NCBI GenBank assembly: GCA_965228735.1
Contig: OZ245838.1
Location: 4,896,001 to 4,960,000 of the forward strand
Source of the DNA: Planctomycetota bacterium
Lineage (GTDB): Bacteria; Planctomycetota; UBA1135; UBA2386
Reading direction: 5' to 3'
DNA: 64,000 nt
In this document: piece after piece, positions 48,596 through 56,949 of the stretch
Layout of the letters: every line of letters starts with the position of its first letter
Numbering within the stretch: the stretch's first letter is position 1
Notes under the pieces: model-generated
Database searches by the model: none
Seen by the model: the letters and a program-made list of their open reading frames with translations, nothing else
What the model was told of the DNA's origin: nothing
Made by a program: the position numbers and the translations under genes

Positions 48596-49525
48596 ATGAC
48601 TGCGGCAGCCATCAGCCGAGCCGGCAAGCTCGGGGCCTACTGGGAGCTGTCCAAGCCGCGGCTCTCGGCGCTCGCGGTGTTCGCCGTCGTCGCCGGCATC
48701 TACATGGCGTGGCCGGCGCGCACCAGGCACCCGCCGATCGATCTGCTCGTGATGACGACGCTCGGCACGTTCTGCGCGGCGGCCGGCGCGGCGGCGCTCA
48801 ACATGTTCCTCGAGCGCGATCTCGACCCGCTGATGAAGCGCACCGAGGGCCGGCCGCTCCCGACGGGCCGGTTGTCGCCGCGCGAGGTGCTGATCTTCGG
48901 CATCGTCGCGTCGCTGCTCGGCGTCGGGCTCGTGCTGTTCGGGGCCGCGCCGCTCATGCCGGACGGCTCGCGCCAGCTCGGCACGCTCAACTGGGTGGCG
49001 GCCGGGCTCTGCGCCGCGATCGTCGTGAGCTACGTCGTGATCTACACGCCGATGAAGGTGCGCACGCCGCTCAACACGCTCGTCGGCGCGATCCCGGGCG
49101 CGCTTCCGCCCGTCGTGGGGCACGCGGCGATCGTGGGCAAGCTCGCGATGCCGCAGCTCGTCCTGTTCATGATCCTGTTCTGCTGGCAGATCCCGCACTT
49201 CCTCGCGATCGCGTGGCGCTATCGCGACGACTACGCGCGGGCCGGGATGCAGATGCTGCCGGTCGTCGACAAGACGGGCGTGCGCACCGGGATCACGATG
49301 CTGATCTACGTCGGTGGTCTGGGCATCGCGAGCCTCATCCCGTTCTTCACGGGGATCGCGGGCGAACGCTATGCGTTGATCGCGATCTTCCTCGATATCC
49401 TCTTCTTCGTGCCGACGGCGCACGCGGCGCTGACGCGCAAGGCCGTGGCGATGCGCATGACGTTCATCATGTCGATCATCTATCTGCCGCTGCTCTTCAT
49501 CGCGATGGTGTGGGATCGTCTGTGA
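48596..49525 (+). CDS. ctaB: Protoheme IX farnesyltransferase (heme O synthase)
   Basis: LSKPR, ERDLDPLMKRTEGRPLP, GAIPGALPP, WQIPHF and DYARAG. Confidence 0.95.
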   Translation: MTAAAISRAGKLGAYWELSKPRLSALAVFAVVAGIYMAWPARTRHPPIDLLVMTTLGTFCAAAGAAALNMFLERDLDPLMKRTEGRPLPTGRLSPREVLIFGIVASLLGVGLVLFGAAPLMPDGSRQLGTLNWVAAGLCAAIVVSYVVIYTPMKVRTPLNTLVGAIPGALPPVVGHAAIVGKLAMPQLVLFMILFCWQIPHFLAIAWRYRDDYARAGMQMLPVVDKTGVRTGITMLIYVGGLGIASLIPFFTGIAGERYALIAIFLDILFFVPTAHAALTRKAVAMRMTFIMSIIYLPLLFIAMVWDRL

Positions 49526-50499
49526 GCGCTGCCGCGACCGCTGCCGAGCCGGCGATCCGGGCCACCGGCGTGTCGTTCCGCTACGGTGACCGCGAGGCGC
49601 TGCAGGGCGTCGACTTCACGGTCGAACGGGGCAAGGCCTACGGCTTCCTCGGGCCCAACGGCTCGGGCAAGTCGACGCTCTTCCGGCTGCTGTCGACCCT
49701 CGTTGCGCCGCAGACCGGCGAGATCGCGGTGCTCGGGCTCGATCTGCGCAGTTCGGCGGCCGCGATCCGCGAGCGCATCGGGGTCGTCTTCCAGTCGCCG
49801 GCCGTCGACCAGAAGCTGACCGTCCGCGAGAACCTGCGCTACGCCGGCGCGCTGCTCGGCCTGCACGGCAGCGAGCTCGGCTCCCGCATCGACGAGGCGC
49901 TCGCGGCGACGAACCTCACGGATCGCACGAAGGACCGCGTGGGCGAACTGTCCGGCGGCCTGCGGCGCCGCGTCGAGATCGGCAAGTGCCTGCTCGGGCG
50001 GCCCGAACTCGTGCTGCTCGACGAAGCGAGCACCGGGCTCGACCCCGTCGCGCGCGGCGAGATGTGGAGCGTGTTGCGGCAGCAGGATGGCCTGACGGTG
50101 CTGTTCACGACGCACCTCATGGACGAAGCGGCCGAGGCCGATCACCTGACGCTGCTCGACGAAGGCCGCATCATCGCGGCGGGCTCGCCGCAGGAGCTCG
50201 TGCGCGAGGTCGGCGGGCAGGTGCTCGAGATCGAGGGCAGCGAGCTCATCGCGGTGCGCGACGCGATGGCCGGGCGCGCGGACGGTGATGTCACGATCGT
50301 GGACAACGTGCTGCGCATCGAAAGCGGCGAGGTCCACAAGCTCGTGCCCGACGTCATGCAGCAGTTCGGCGATTCGATCCAGCGGCTGCAGCTGTCGCAC
50401 CCGTCGTTGCACGACGTGTTCCTGCACAAGACCGGCAAGCGGTTCGTCGTGACCGAGTCGGAAGAGCCGAAGAAGAAGCGCGGGAGGCGACGGCGATGA
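49522..50499 (+). CDS. ABC transporter ATP-binding protein
   Basis: GPNGSGKST, LSGG, LLDE and TTH; GTGA overlap with ctaB. Confidence 0.92.
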   Translation: MSAAATAAEPAIRATGVSFRYGDREALQGVDFTVERGKAYGFLGPNGSGKSTLFRLLSTLVAPQTGEIAVLGLDLRSSAAAIRERIGVVFQSPAVDQKLTVRENLRYAGALLGLHGSELGSRIDEALAATNLTDRTKDRVGELSGGLRRRVEIGKCLLGRPELVLLDEASTGLDPVARGEMWSVLRQQDGLTVLFTTHLMDEAAEADHLTLLDEGRIIAAGSPQELVREVGGQVLEIEGSELIAVRDAMAGRADGDVTIVDNVLRIESGEVHKLVPDVMQQFGDSIQRLQLSHPSLHDVFLHKTGKRFVVTESEEPKKKRGRRRR

Positions 50500-51257
50500 T
50501 GCGCGCAACGCTTGCGCTGTGGCACCGCGAGATCGTGCGCTTCCTGCGCGATCGTTCGCGGCTCTCGGGTTCGCTGCTGCAGCCCGTGATCTTCTGGGCG
50601 CTGTTCAGCGGCGCGCTGCACGGTTCCTTCAAGCCGGGGGGCGTCGACTACGGCCAGTACTTCTTCGTCGGCACGCTCGCGATGATCACGCTGTTCACCG
50701 CGATCTTCTCGACGGTCACCGTGATCGAGGACCGCAAAGAGGGCTTCCTGCAGGGCGTGCTCGTCGCGCCCGTGCCGCGCTCGGCGATCGCGCTCGGCAA
50801 GATCCTCGGCGGCGCGACGCTGGGGCTGGGTCTCGCGGTCGTCTTCCTGGCACTCGCGCCGCTCGCGGGCGTTTCGCTGAGCGTGGCGACCGTCGTGCCG
50901 CTGCTCGGAATCCTCGCGCTGCTCGCCATCGCCGTGACCGGCATGGGGTTCGCGCTCGCCTGGGTCATGGACAGCACGGCCGGTTACCACGGCATCATGA
51001 TGGTCGTGTTCATGCCGATGCTGCTGCTGTCGGGCGCGTTCTTCCCGATGGAGCAGGCCCACGTGGCGATGAGCTGGGTGCGGTTCGTCAACCCGATGAC
51101 CTACGGTGTCGGCGCGCTGCGCCACGTCGCGCAGGGTGAGGTCGCGGGCCTGCCTTCGCTCACCGTCTGCCTCGCGGGGACCGTGGTGTTCGCCGTTCTC
51201 ATGTTCGCGCTCGGCACGTGGATCGTGACCCGCCGGAGCGTCCGCAACGCCGCGTAG
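50496..51257 (+). CDS. ABC-2 type permease
   Basis: About 6 TM; DRKEGFL..LVAPVPR, LSGAFFP and NPMTYGV. Confidence 0.92.
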   Translation: MMRATLALWHREIVRFLRDRSRLSGSLLQPVIFWALFSGALHGSFKPGGVDYGQYFFVGTLAMITLFTAIFSTVTVIEDRKEGFLQGVLVAPVPRSAIALGKILGGATLGLGLAVVFLALAPLAGVSLSVATVVPLLGILALLAIAVTGMGFALAWVMDSTAGYHGIMMVVFMPMLLLSGAFFPMEQAHVAMSWVRFVNPMTYGVGALRHVAQGEVAGLPSLTVCLAGTVVFAVLMFALGTWIVTRRSVRNAA

Positions 51258-51268
51258 GCCCGACCCAC

Positions 51269-51682
51269 ATGCTCGCCAACTTCGACTTCCGGATCCTCGC
51301 GCACGTCGACGCCGCGCTGAACGGCCTCGCGCTCGTGCTCATCGTCGCGGGCCTGATCGCCGTGAAGGCGGGCAGGATCGAGCTGCACAAGAAGCTGATG
51401 CTCGCGGCCGTCGGCGCGTCGGCCGCGTTCCTCGTCTGCTACCTGATCTACCACTTCAACGCGGAGGCGGTGAAGTACGAGGGCGAGTACGGCGTCGTCT
51501 ACTTCCCGCTGCTGATCTCGCACATCGTGCTCGCCGCGGTGCAGGTCCCGCTGATCCTCGTCACCGTGTGGCTCGGCCTGAAGGATCGCCGAGAACGCCA
51601 CAAGAAGTGGGCGAAGGTCACGGCGCCGATCTGGCTCTACGTCTCCATCACCGGCGTCATCGTCTACCTGATGCTCTACTGA
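51269..51682 (+). CDS. DUF420 family membrane protein
   Basis: HKKLM, FLVCYLIYH, LISHIVLA, HKKWAK and WLYVSITG. Confidence 0.9.
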   Translation: MLANFDFRILAHVDAALNGLALVLIVAGLIAVKAGRIELHKKLMLAAVGASAAFLVCYLIYHFNAEAVKYEGEYGVVYFPLLISHIVLAAVQVPLILVTVWLGLKDRRERHKKWAKVTAPIWLYVSITGVIVYLMLY

Positions 51683-51696
51683 TGCCAGTACCGTGA

Positions 51697-51811
51697 TGGC
51701 GCTACCGAACCCGTTTCGATTCCGCCACCTCCCGGTACACAGCACCGCCATCGACACCACGCGTTGCCACGCGGCGCCGATGGCGGATTCGTAACGGGTT
51801 CGGTACCGCCA
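51697..51811. repeat. 31-bp imperfect inverted repeat (3 mismatches) with 53-nt spacer
   Basis: TGGCGCTACCGAACCCGTTTCGATTCCGCCA (51697-51727) versus TGGCGGATTCGTAACGGGTTCGGTACCGCCA (51781-51811). Confidence 0.85.
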
Positions 51812-51816
51812 GCGCG

Positions 51817-54159
51817 TTAGCGGATCTCGGCGTCGCCGCCGCCGGAGACCGCGTTGATGCTGCCGAACTCGACGACCTGGGTGAAGATGTGCAGGCCGGT
51901 GAACGCGCCGTTGTTGGGGATCGACATGCTCCACGTGGACGAGCCGCCCGCTTGCGGGAGGAACTCGACGGCGTCGGCCTGCGCGATCAGGAGGCAGTTG
52001 GCGGCGAAGCCGAACGGGCTCAGCAGCTGGAAGTCCTGCGCGAGGCCGATCACCATGAACGCCGCGCCGCCGCCGAGGTTGTCGGCGTCGAGCTGGAACG
52101 TGGTGCCGAGTGCCGGCAGGCTCACGAGGCTCTGCTGCGGGATGCCGTTGCTGCCCGTGCAGCCCGCGCCGTACGTCGTCCAGGTCGCGGCGGTGCAGAG
52201 GAAGTCGTCGATGCGGAACGCGTCGACCGCGCCCTCGGTGACCGAGTTGTTCGGCTGATCGGCGATCGAGTAACGGATCACGACCTGGCTCAGGTTGGTC
52301 ACGTAGTCGAGCACCCGGAACTGGTGCATCGCCCAGTCCTGGTCCGAGTTCAGAGTCTCGACCACGGTCCAGTTGCCGCCGCCGTTCTCCGAGATCTCGA
52401 CCGTCATCACGTCCGAACCGGTGGTCTCGAACCACAGCGCGTGGTTCACGATCGGGTCGTTCGTGGTGCTCAGGTCGAACGTCTCCGTCCGCAGCACGGT
52501 CGGGCCGCCGTCGACGTCCTCGTTGTTGCTGTTGCCGGTCACCCAGCACTGGCCGCTGCCGTCGAAGTCGGTGCTCGGGCCGCGCGAATCGATCGGCGTG
52601 CCGCGCGTCCATGCGCCGGTCTGCAGGTTCGAGTTGATCACGGTCCAGCCGGCCGGCGTCGTGTTGAAGTTGTAGTTGCGCAGCGTGGCGGTGTTCTCCG
52701 CCGAGATCGCCGAGTGCACCGTGCCGGGCGCCTGCCGCGGGTCGGTGTAGGTCGTGTTGCCCGCGTCCTGCGCCGAGACGTAGTACTCGACCGTCGTCAG
52801 GCACGCCGAAGTCGGGAACGTGGCTTCGTACTGGCCGCCGCCGAGCGCGGTCGGCGTGAGCACCTGGAACGGGCCGCCCGTCGACACGTGGAAGCGCACC
52901 GAGCCGGCCTGCGCCGGGACGGGGCCGCCGACGTCGAAGCGCAGCGTCGTCGAGCCGTCCGGCGCGACCACGTTCGGGCGCCCGTTCGGGAACGTGAACT
53001 CGATCGACGGGCAGTCGCAGATGCCCTGCGGGTTGGCGAGCGCCGCCTGTAGCGCCGGATGGTTGAGGCCGGTGCTCGCGTTGGAGCCGCCCGACGAGTT
53101 GCAGCCGCCGTGGGTGTGGATGCCGATCGCGAGGTTGGTGCCGTCGACGATCACGGGCGAGCCCGAGTTGCCGCCGGTCGTGTCCGTGACGTAGCGCACG
53201 GTCGTCCCGGAGAACGATGCGAGCGGCCCCGCGTGCGTCTTCTGCACGACGTTCCAGGTGGGTGAGACCGGCGACGAGACCGTGCCGTAGCCCGTGATGC
53301 GGATCGTCGAGAAGCTGGTCGACGGCTGGTTGAGCACGTAGGTCTGGCCACCGTTGGCCTGGAACGGCGTCAGGTTCGTCGTCGAGTTCGCGAACACGCC
53401 GAAGTAGGCCCAGTCGTCGCCGACGCCCTGGCCGCCGTTGGTCTGGAGCGACGCGGGATCGACCGCGTACTGGTCCTGCGGCGGCGGGTTGTTCGAGCTG
53501 CCGCTGCCGCTCGACAGCGGCACGTTGAACTGCACGATCTGGATGTTCGACGCGCTGCCGGCGCAGTGGCCGGCCGTCAGGAAGCAGTGCTGGCAGTCGT
53601 CGATGAGCCAGGACGTGCAGCCCGTCGGCCGGTTGCGTGCCGCGCGCGGATCCGAGCTCAGAACGCGGTCGTCGGTGTTGCCGCAGATCGAGTCCTCGCC
53701 GACGTCCGGTTCGATCTCCGCCCCGTCGATGATCAGGCGGTTGCTGCCGGTCCCGGGCTGGGCCCAGATCTCGACGAGCACGGAGTTGCCGTTGAAGTAG
53801 GCCGACGTCTGCCGGAACTGCTCGACGTGCACGAGGTGCTGCGTCTGGAAGTAGCCGTCACGCAGCGATGTGATCTTGAGGAACGAGCCGTCCGCGCCGC
53901 GGTCGCGCGCGCCGGACAGCAGGATGCTCTCGTACTCGAGGCGGATCGACGCCGCGCCGGGCACGGTCACGACCGTGGACCAGACGACGGCCGGGATGCC
54001 GCGCGCCGTGATCGACGCGTTGGTGTTCGCGACGTAGCCGGAGTCGTGGCGCAGGGTGTGGTGGACGCTGCGGTCGGGAGCGACCTGGGCGGAGAGGGAC
54101 GGGGCGGCGATCAGCAGCGCGAGAGCTGCGACCGCGACGCGGTGGGGAGCGTGTTGCAT
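51817..54159 (-). CDS. Secreted trypsin-like serine protease with accessory domains and shared C-terminal domain
   Basis: Signal peptide; TAGHC, DWA and GGNSGSP triad motifs. Confidence 0.9.
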   Translation of the reverse strand: MQHAPHRVAVAALALLIAAPSLSAQVAPDRSVHHTLRHDSGYVANTNASITARGIPAVVWSTVVTVPGAASIRLEYESILLSGARDRGADGSFLKITSLRDGYFQTQHLVHVEQFRQTSAYFNGNSVLVEIWAQPGTGSNRLIIDGAEIEPDVGEDSICGNTDDRVLSSDPRAARNRPTGCTSWLIDDCQHCFLTAGHCAGSASNIQIVQFNVPLSSGSGSSNNPPPQDQYAVDPASLQTNGGQGVGDDWAYFGVFANSTTNLTPFQANGGQTYVLNQPSTSFSTIRITGYGTVSSPVSPTWNVVQKTHAGPLASFSGTTVRYVTDTTGGNSGSPVIVDGTNLAIGIHTHGGCNSSGGSNASTGLNHPALQAALANPQGICDCPSIEFTFPNGRPNVVAPDGSTTLRFDVGGPVPAQAGSVRFHVSTGGPFQVLTPTALGGGQYEATFPTSACLTTVEYYVSAQDAGNTTYTDPRQAPGTVHSAISAENTATLRNYNFNTTPAGWTVINSNLQTGAWTRGTPIDSRGPSTDFDGSGQCWVTGNSNNEDVDGGPTVLRTETFDLSTTNDPIVNHALWFETTGSDVMTVEISENGGGNWTVVETLNSDQDWAMHQFRVLDYVTNLSQVVIRYSIADQPNNSVTEGAVDAFRIDDFLCTAATWTTYGAGCTGSNGIPQQSLVSLPALGTTFQLDADNLGGGAAFMVIGLAQDFQLLSPFGFAANCLLIAQADAVEFLPQAGGSSTWSMSIPNNGAFTGLHIFTQVVEFGSINAVSGGGDAEIR

Positions 54160-54328
54160 CGGAAGCGGAGGAGGCGCAGGCCGCAGAAGCATACCGAAGC
54201 CGCGGCGCGACGGGGGAACCGGCCGACAAGCGGGAGCGGCCGAACGGGCGTTCTCGCCGACGGTTCGGATTCGGCTGCCGGATCGGCTGGTTTGGGTCCA
54301 CGTACCGAGGCATCCTTGCGATCGGCGC

Positions 54329-56056
54329 ATGCTCCACACCCTCCACATCCGCAATCTGGCTCTGATCGACGCGGCCGAGATTCGCTTCGCCGAAGGTCTC
54401 ACTGTGGTCTCCGGTGAGACGGGCGGCGGGAAATCGCTGCTGATCACCGCGCTCGCGCTGCTGCGTGGCGAGAAGGCCGCCGGCCACCTCGTGCGCCACG
54501 GCCAGAAGGAACTGCAGGTCGACGGCGAGTTCCGACTCGGGCACGGCGAGCGCAGCCACGTCGTCGCGCGCATCGTCGCGGAGGTCTGCGACGGCGCGAT
54601 CGAGGACGACCTGCTGCTCGTGACGCGGATCGTCGATCGGCAGGGTCGCACGCGCGTGCGCATCGGCGGGCGCCCCGCGACGCTGTCCGCGTTGCGGCGA
54701 CTCGGCAACGTGCTGCTCGAGATCCACGGCCAGGGGGATTCGCGCGCGCTCATGCGGCCCGAGATCCAGTGCGAGACGCTCGACGCGTTCGCCGGCACGG
54801 CCGGCTTGCGGCGCGAGTTCGCGGCGGCGCTGCGCGTGGCCCGGCAGGTGCGCGAGCGCCTCGACTCGCGCACGGCCGACGATCGTGAGCGGCGCCAGCG
54901 GCTCGAGTTCTTGCGCTTCCAGCAGGACACGATCCGCGAGCTCGACCTCGGCGAAGGTGAACTCACGGGGCTCGAGCAGGAGCATCAGGTGCTCGAGAAT
55001 CTCGGCGCCGTTCAACAGCAGCTCGACGTCGCGCTCGATGCGCTGCAGGACGGCGAGCAGAACGCGACCGACGCGTTCGCGCTGGCTGCCCGGGCCGTGC
55101 AGCAGGCTGCTGCGGTCGACGCGCGCCTCGAGGAGGTCGCCACGCGCCTCGGCGAGATCGAAGAGCTCACGGCGCAGGCGTGCCGCGACCTGCAGTCCGG
55201 CCGCGCGCGGCTCGATCTCGACCCGCAGCGCCTGCACGAGGTGCGGAGTCGCCTCGACGACATCCACGACGTGCTGCGGCGCTTCGGCCCCACCGAGGCC
55301 GAGCTGCGGCAGAACGCGGAGACCGCGGCCGCGGAGTTGCTGGCGGCCGAGGACGAGATGGCCGATCCCGAGGCGCTCGCCGTCGAGCTGCGGGACGCGA
55401 CGAAGGCGCTCGAGAAGCTCGGCACCAAGCTGATCAAGGCGCGCGTCAAGGCGAGCAAGTCGTTCTGTGCGCGCGTTCGCAGCGAGCTGCAGGAGCTCGG
55501 CATGCCGCACACCGAGGTGCGGATCGCGATGCTCGAGAAGTTCGATCCGGCGCGGGTGCTCGACGACGCGACCGATCACGGTCCGGTGCCCGTCGACATC
55601 GAGGTGAGGATCAATCCGGGCGAGCCGTTCCACTCGATGCGCGACACGGCGTCGGGCGGCGAACTCGCGCGCATCGTGCTCGCCGTGAAGAAGACGCTCG
55701 CGGATCAGGACCGCGTGCCGCTGCTCGTGCTCGACGAGATCGATTCGGAGATCGGCGGGCGTCTCGGCCTCGCCGTTGGCCGCATGCTGCACGAGGTCGG
55801 CAAGAACCACCAGGTCGTGATCGTCACCCACCTCGCCCCCGTCGCGGCGTGGGCCCAGCACCACTTCCTCGTGCAGAAGCACGTCGACGCCGACACCGGC
55901 GGCGAACGCACGCGGTCCGTCGTCACGCAGCTCGAAGGCCGTCAGATCGAACGCGAGATCGCCGCGATGGCCGCCGGCGACGAGACGGACGCGGCGGCGC
56001 TGAAGCAGGCCCGGCGATTGGTGGAGAGGGCGCGCGAACTTGGCGAGCAGGCCTGA
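54329..56056 (+). CDS. recN: DNA repair protein RecN
   Basis: LHIRNLALI, GETGGGKS, IHGQ, coiled coil, NPGEP..ASGGELAR, DEID and VTHLAPVAA. Confidence 0.95.
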   Translation: MLHTLHIRNLALIDAAEIRFAEGLTVVSGETGGGKSLLITALALLRGEKAAGHLVRHGQKELQVDGEFRLGHGERSHVVARIVAEVCDGAIEDDLLLVTRIVDRQGRTRVRIGGRPATLSALRRLGNVLLEIHGQGDSRALMRPEIQCETLDAFAGTAGLRREFAAALRVARQVRERLDSRTADDRERRQRLEFLRFQQDTIRELDLGEGELTGLEQEHQVLENLGAVQQQLDVALDALQDGEQNATDAFALAARAVQQAAAVDARLEEVATRLGEIEELTAQACRDLQSGRARLDLDPQRLHEVRSRLDDIHDVLRRFGPTEAELRQNAETAAAELLAAEDEMADPEALAVELRDATKALEKLGTKLIKARVKASKSFCARVRSELQELGMPHTEVRIAMLEKFDPARVLDDATDHGPVPVDIEVRINPGEPFHSMRDTASGGELARIVLAVKKTLADQDRVPLLVLDEIDSEIGGRLGLAVGRMLHEVGKNHQVVIVTHLAPVAAWAQHHFLVQKHVDADTGGERTRSVVTQLEGRQIEREIAAMAAGDETDAAALKQARRLVERARELGEQA

Positions 56057-56333
56057 GAAGGGGGGGGGCGGCCCGCGGCTGGTGCTCGCGATTGCCGGGT
56101 TCAACGTCGCCGTCTTCCTGGCTGTGTTCGCCGTGACGTTCTCGTTGCTGACCTACACGCCCGAGGCGGAGCGCGGCGGACTCTGGACGGCTGTCGCCAT
56201 CGGCGCGGCGAGCATCGGCTTGGTTGCGCTCTCGTCGCGTCGGATGCCGCGCGGCGGCATCCCGATCGTGATCCCGGTCGTCGGGATCGCTTGCTCGGGC
56301 ATCTGGGTGGCTCTCGCCCGCCTTCTCGGGTGA
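56040..56333 (+). CDS. Small 3-TM membrane protein
   Basis: TTG start overlapping the recN end; three hydrophobic segments. Confidence 0.6.
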   Translation: MASRPEKGGGGPRLVLAIAGFNVAVFLAVFAVTFSLLTYTPEAERGGLWTAVAIGAASIGLVALSSRRMPRGGIPIVIPVVGIACSGIWVALARLLG

Positions 56334-56428
56334 CCTGCCGAATTCGGTATCTCGGCTGACACCGCGAGCGTCACGGCCGCCGCCCGGCGAACACCAAGCG
56401 CTCACCCGCAGTGAGGCGCACGGCTGCG

Positions 56429-56824
56429 CTACTTCTTTGCGGTCTTCTTCGCGGTCCTTTGCGCGCCCTTCTGCGCGCCCTTTTCTTGGCCGGCCTTCGT
56501 CGTCGGCTTCGCCGGCAGCGTCGCGGCGTAGGCGACGCTCCGCTTGAAGTAGCGCGCCAGCGCCTTCTTGTCGCGCTGCAGCTTCGTCGGCACCTCGACG
56601 TAGCCGCGCATCGTCGCCCCGTATTGGATCACGGGGCCGGTGCCATGCTGCTCCATGAACGCGTCCCGTTCTTCGTCTCCGAACCGCAACGCGATCGCCC
56701 CCGCCATCGTGACGAACGCGAACATGTTGCCGTTCATTGCGCAGTAGCGCGACTTGGCGCCCTTCACCTGGACGTCGGGAACGGTCGCCACCATGGCTTC
56801 GAAGTCGGCGCGGGTGTCGGGCAT
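56429..56824 (-). CDS. TfoX N-terminal-like protein with Lys-rich tail
   Basis: NGNMFA, MRGYVEVP and YAATLPAK. Confidence 0.75.
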   Translation of the reverse strand: MPDTRADFEAMVATVPDVQVKGAKSRYCAMNGNMFAFVTMAGAIALRFGDEERDAFMEQHGTGPVIQYGATMRGYVEVPTKLQRDKKALARYFKRSVAYAATLPAKPTTKAGQEKGAQKGAQRTAKKTAKK

Positions 56825-56854
56825 CGCGGCAGTGTAGCCGAGTGCCAACGGCAA

Positions 56855-56901
56855 GCGCCCGCGTCCATCGCCAGCCGGGGCTGGTCAACGGACGCGGGCG
56901 C
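56855..56901 (-). terminator. Strong hairpin downstream of the repeat-protein gene
   Basis: 12-bp perfect stem GCGCCCGCGTCC/GGACGCGGGCGC with inner CCAGCC/GGCTGG pairing. Confidence 0.55.
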
Positions 56902-56949
56902 CGCGCGGAACGTGCCGGCGCCGGACAGCGCTGGCCGTTCGAGGGACGA

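Noticed and set aside
51712..51733. TTCGATTCCGCCACCTCC resembling a tRNA/tmRNA 3' end
   Set aside because: No paired T-stem or acceptor stem and no CCA; it is explained as part of the inverted-repeat arm
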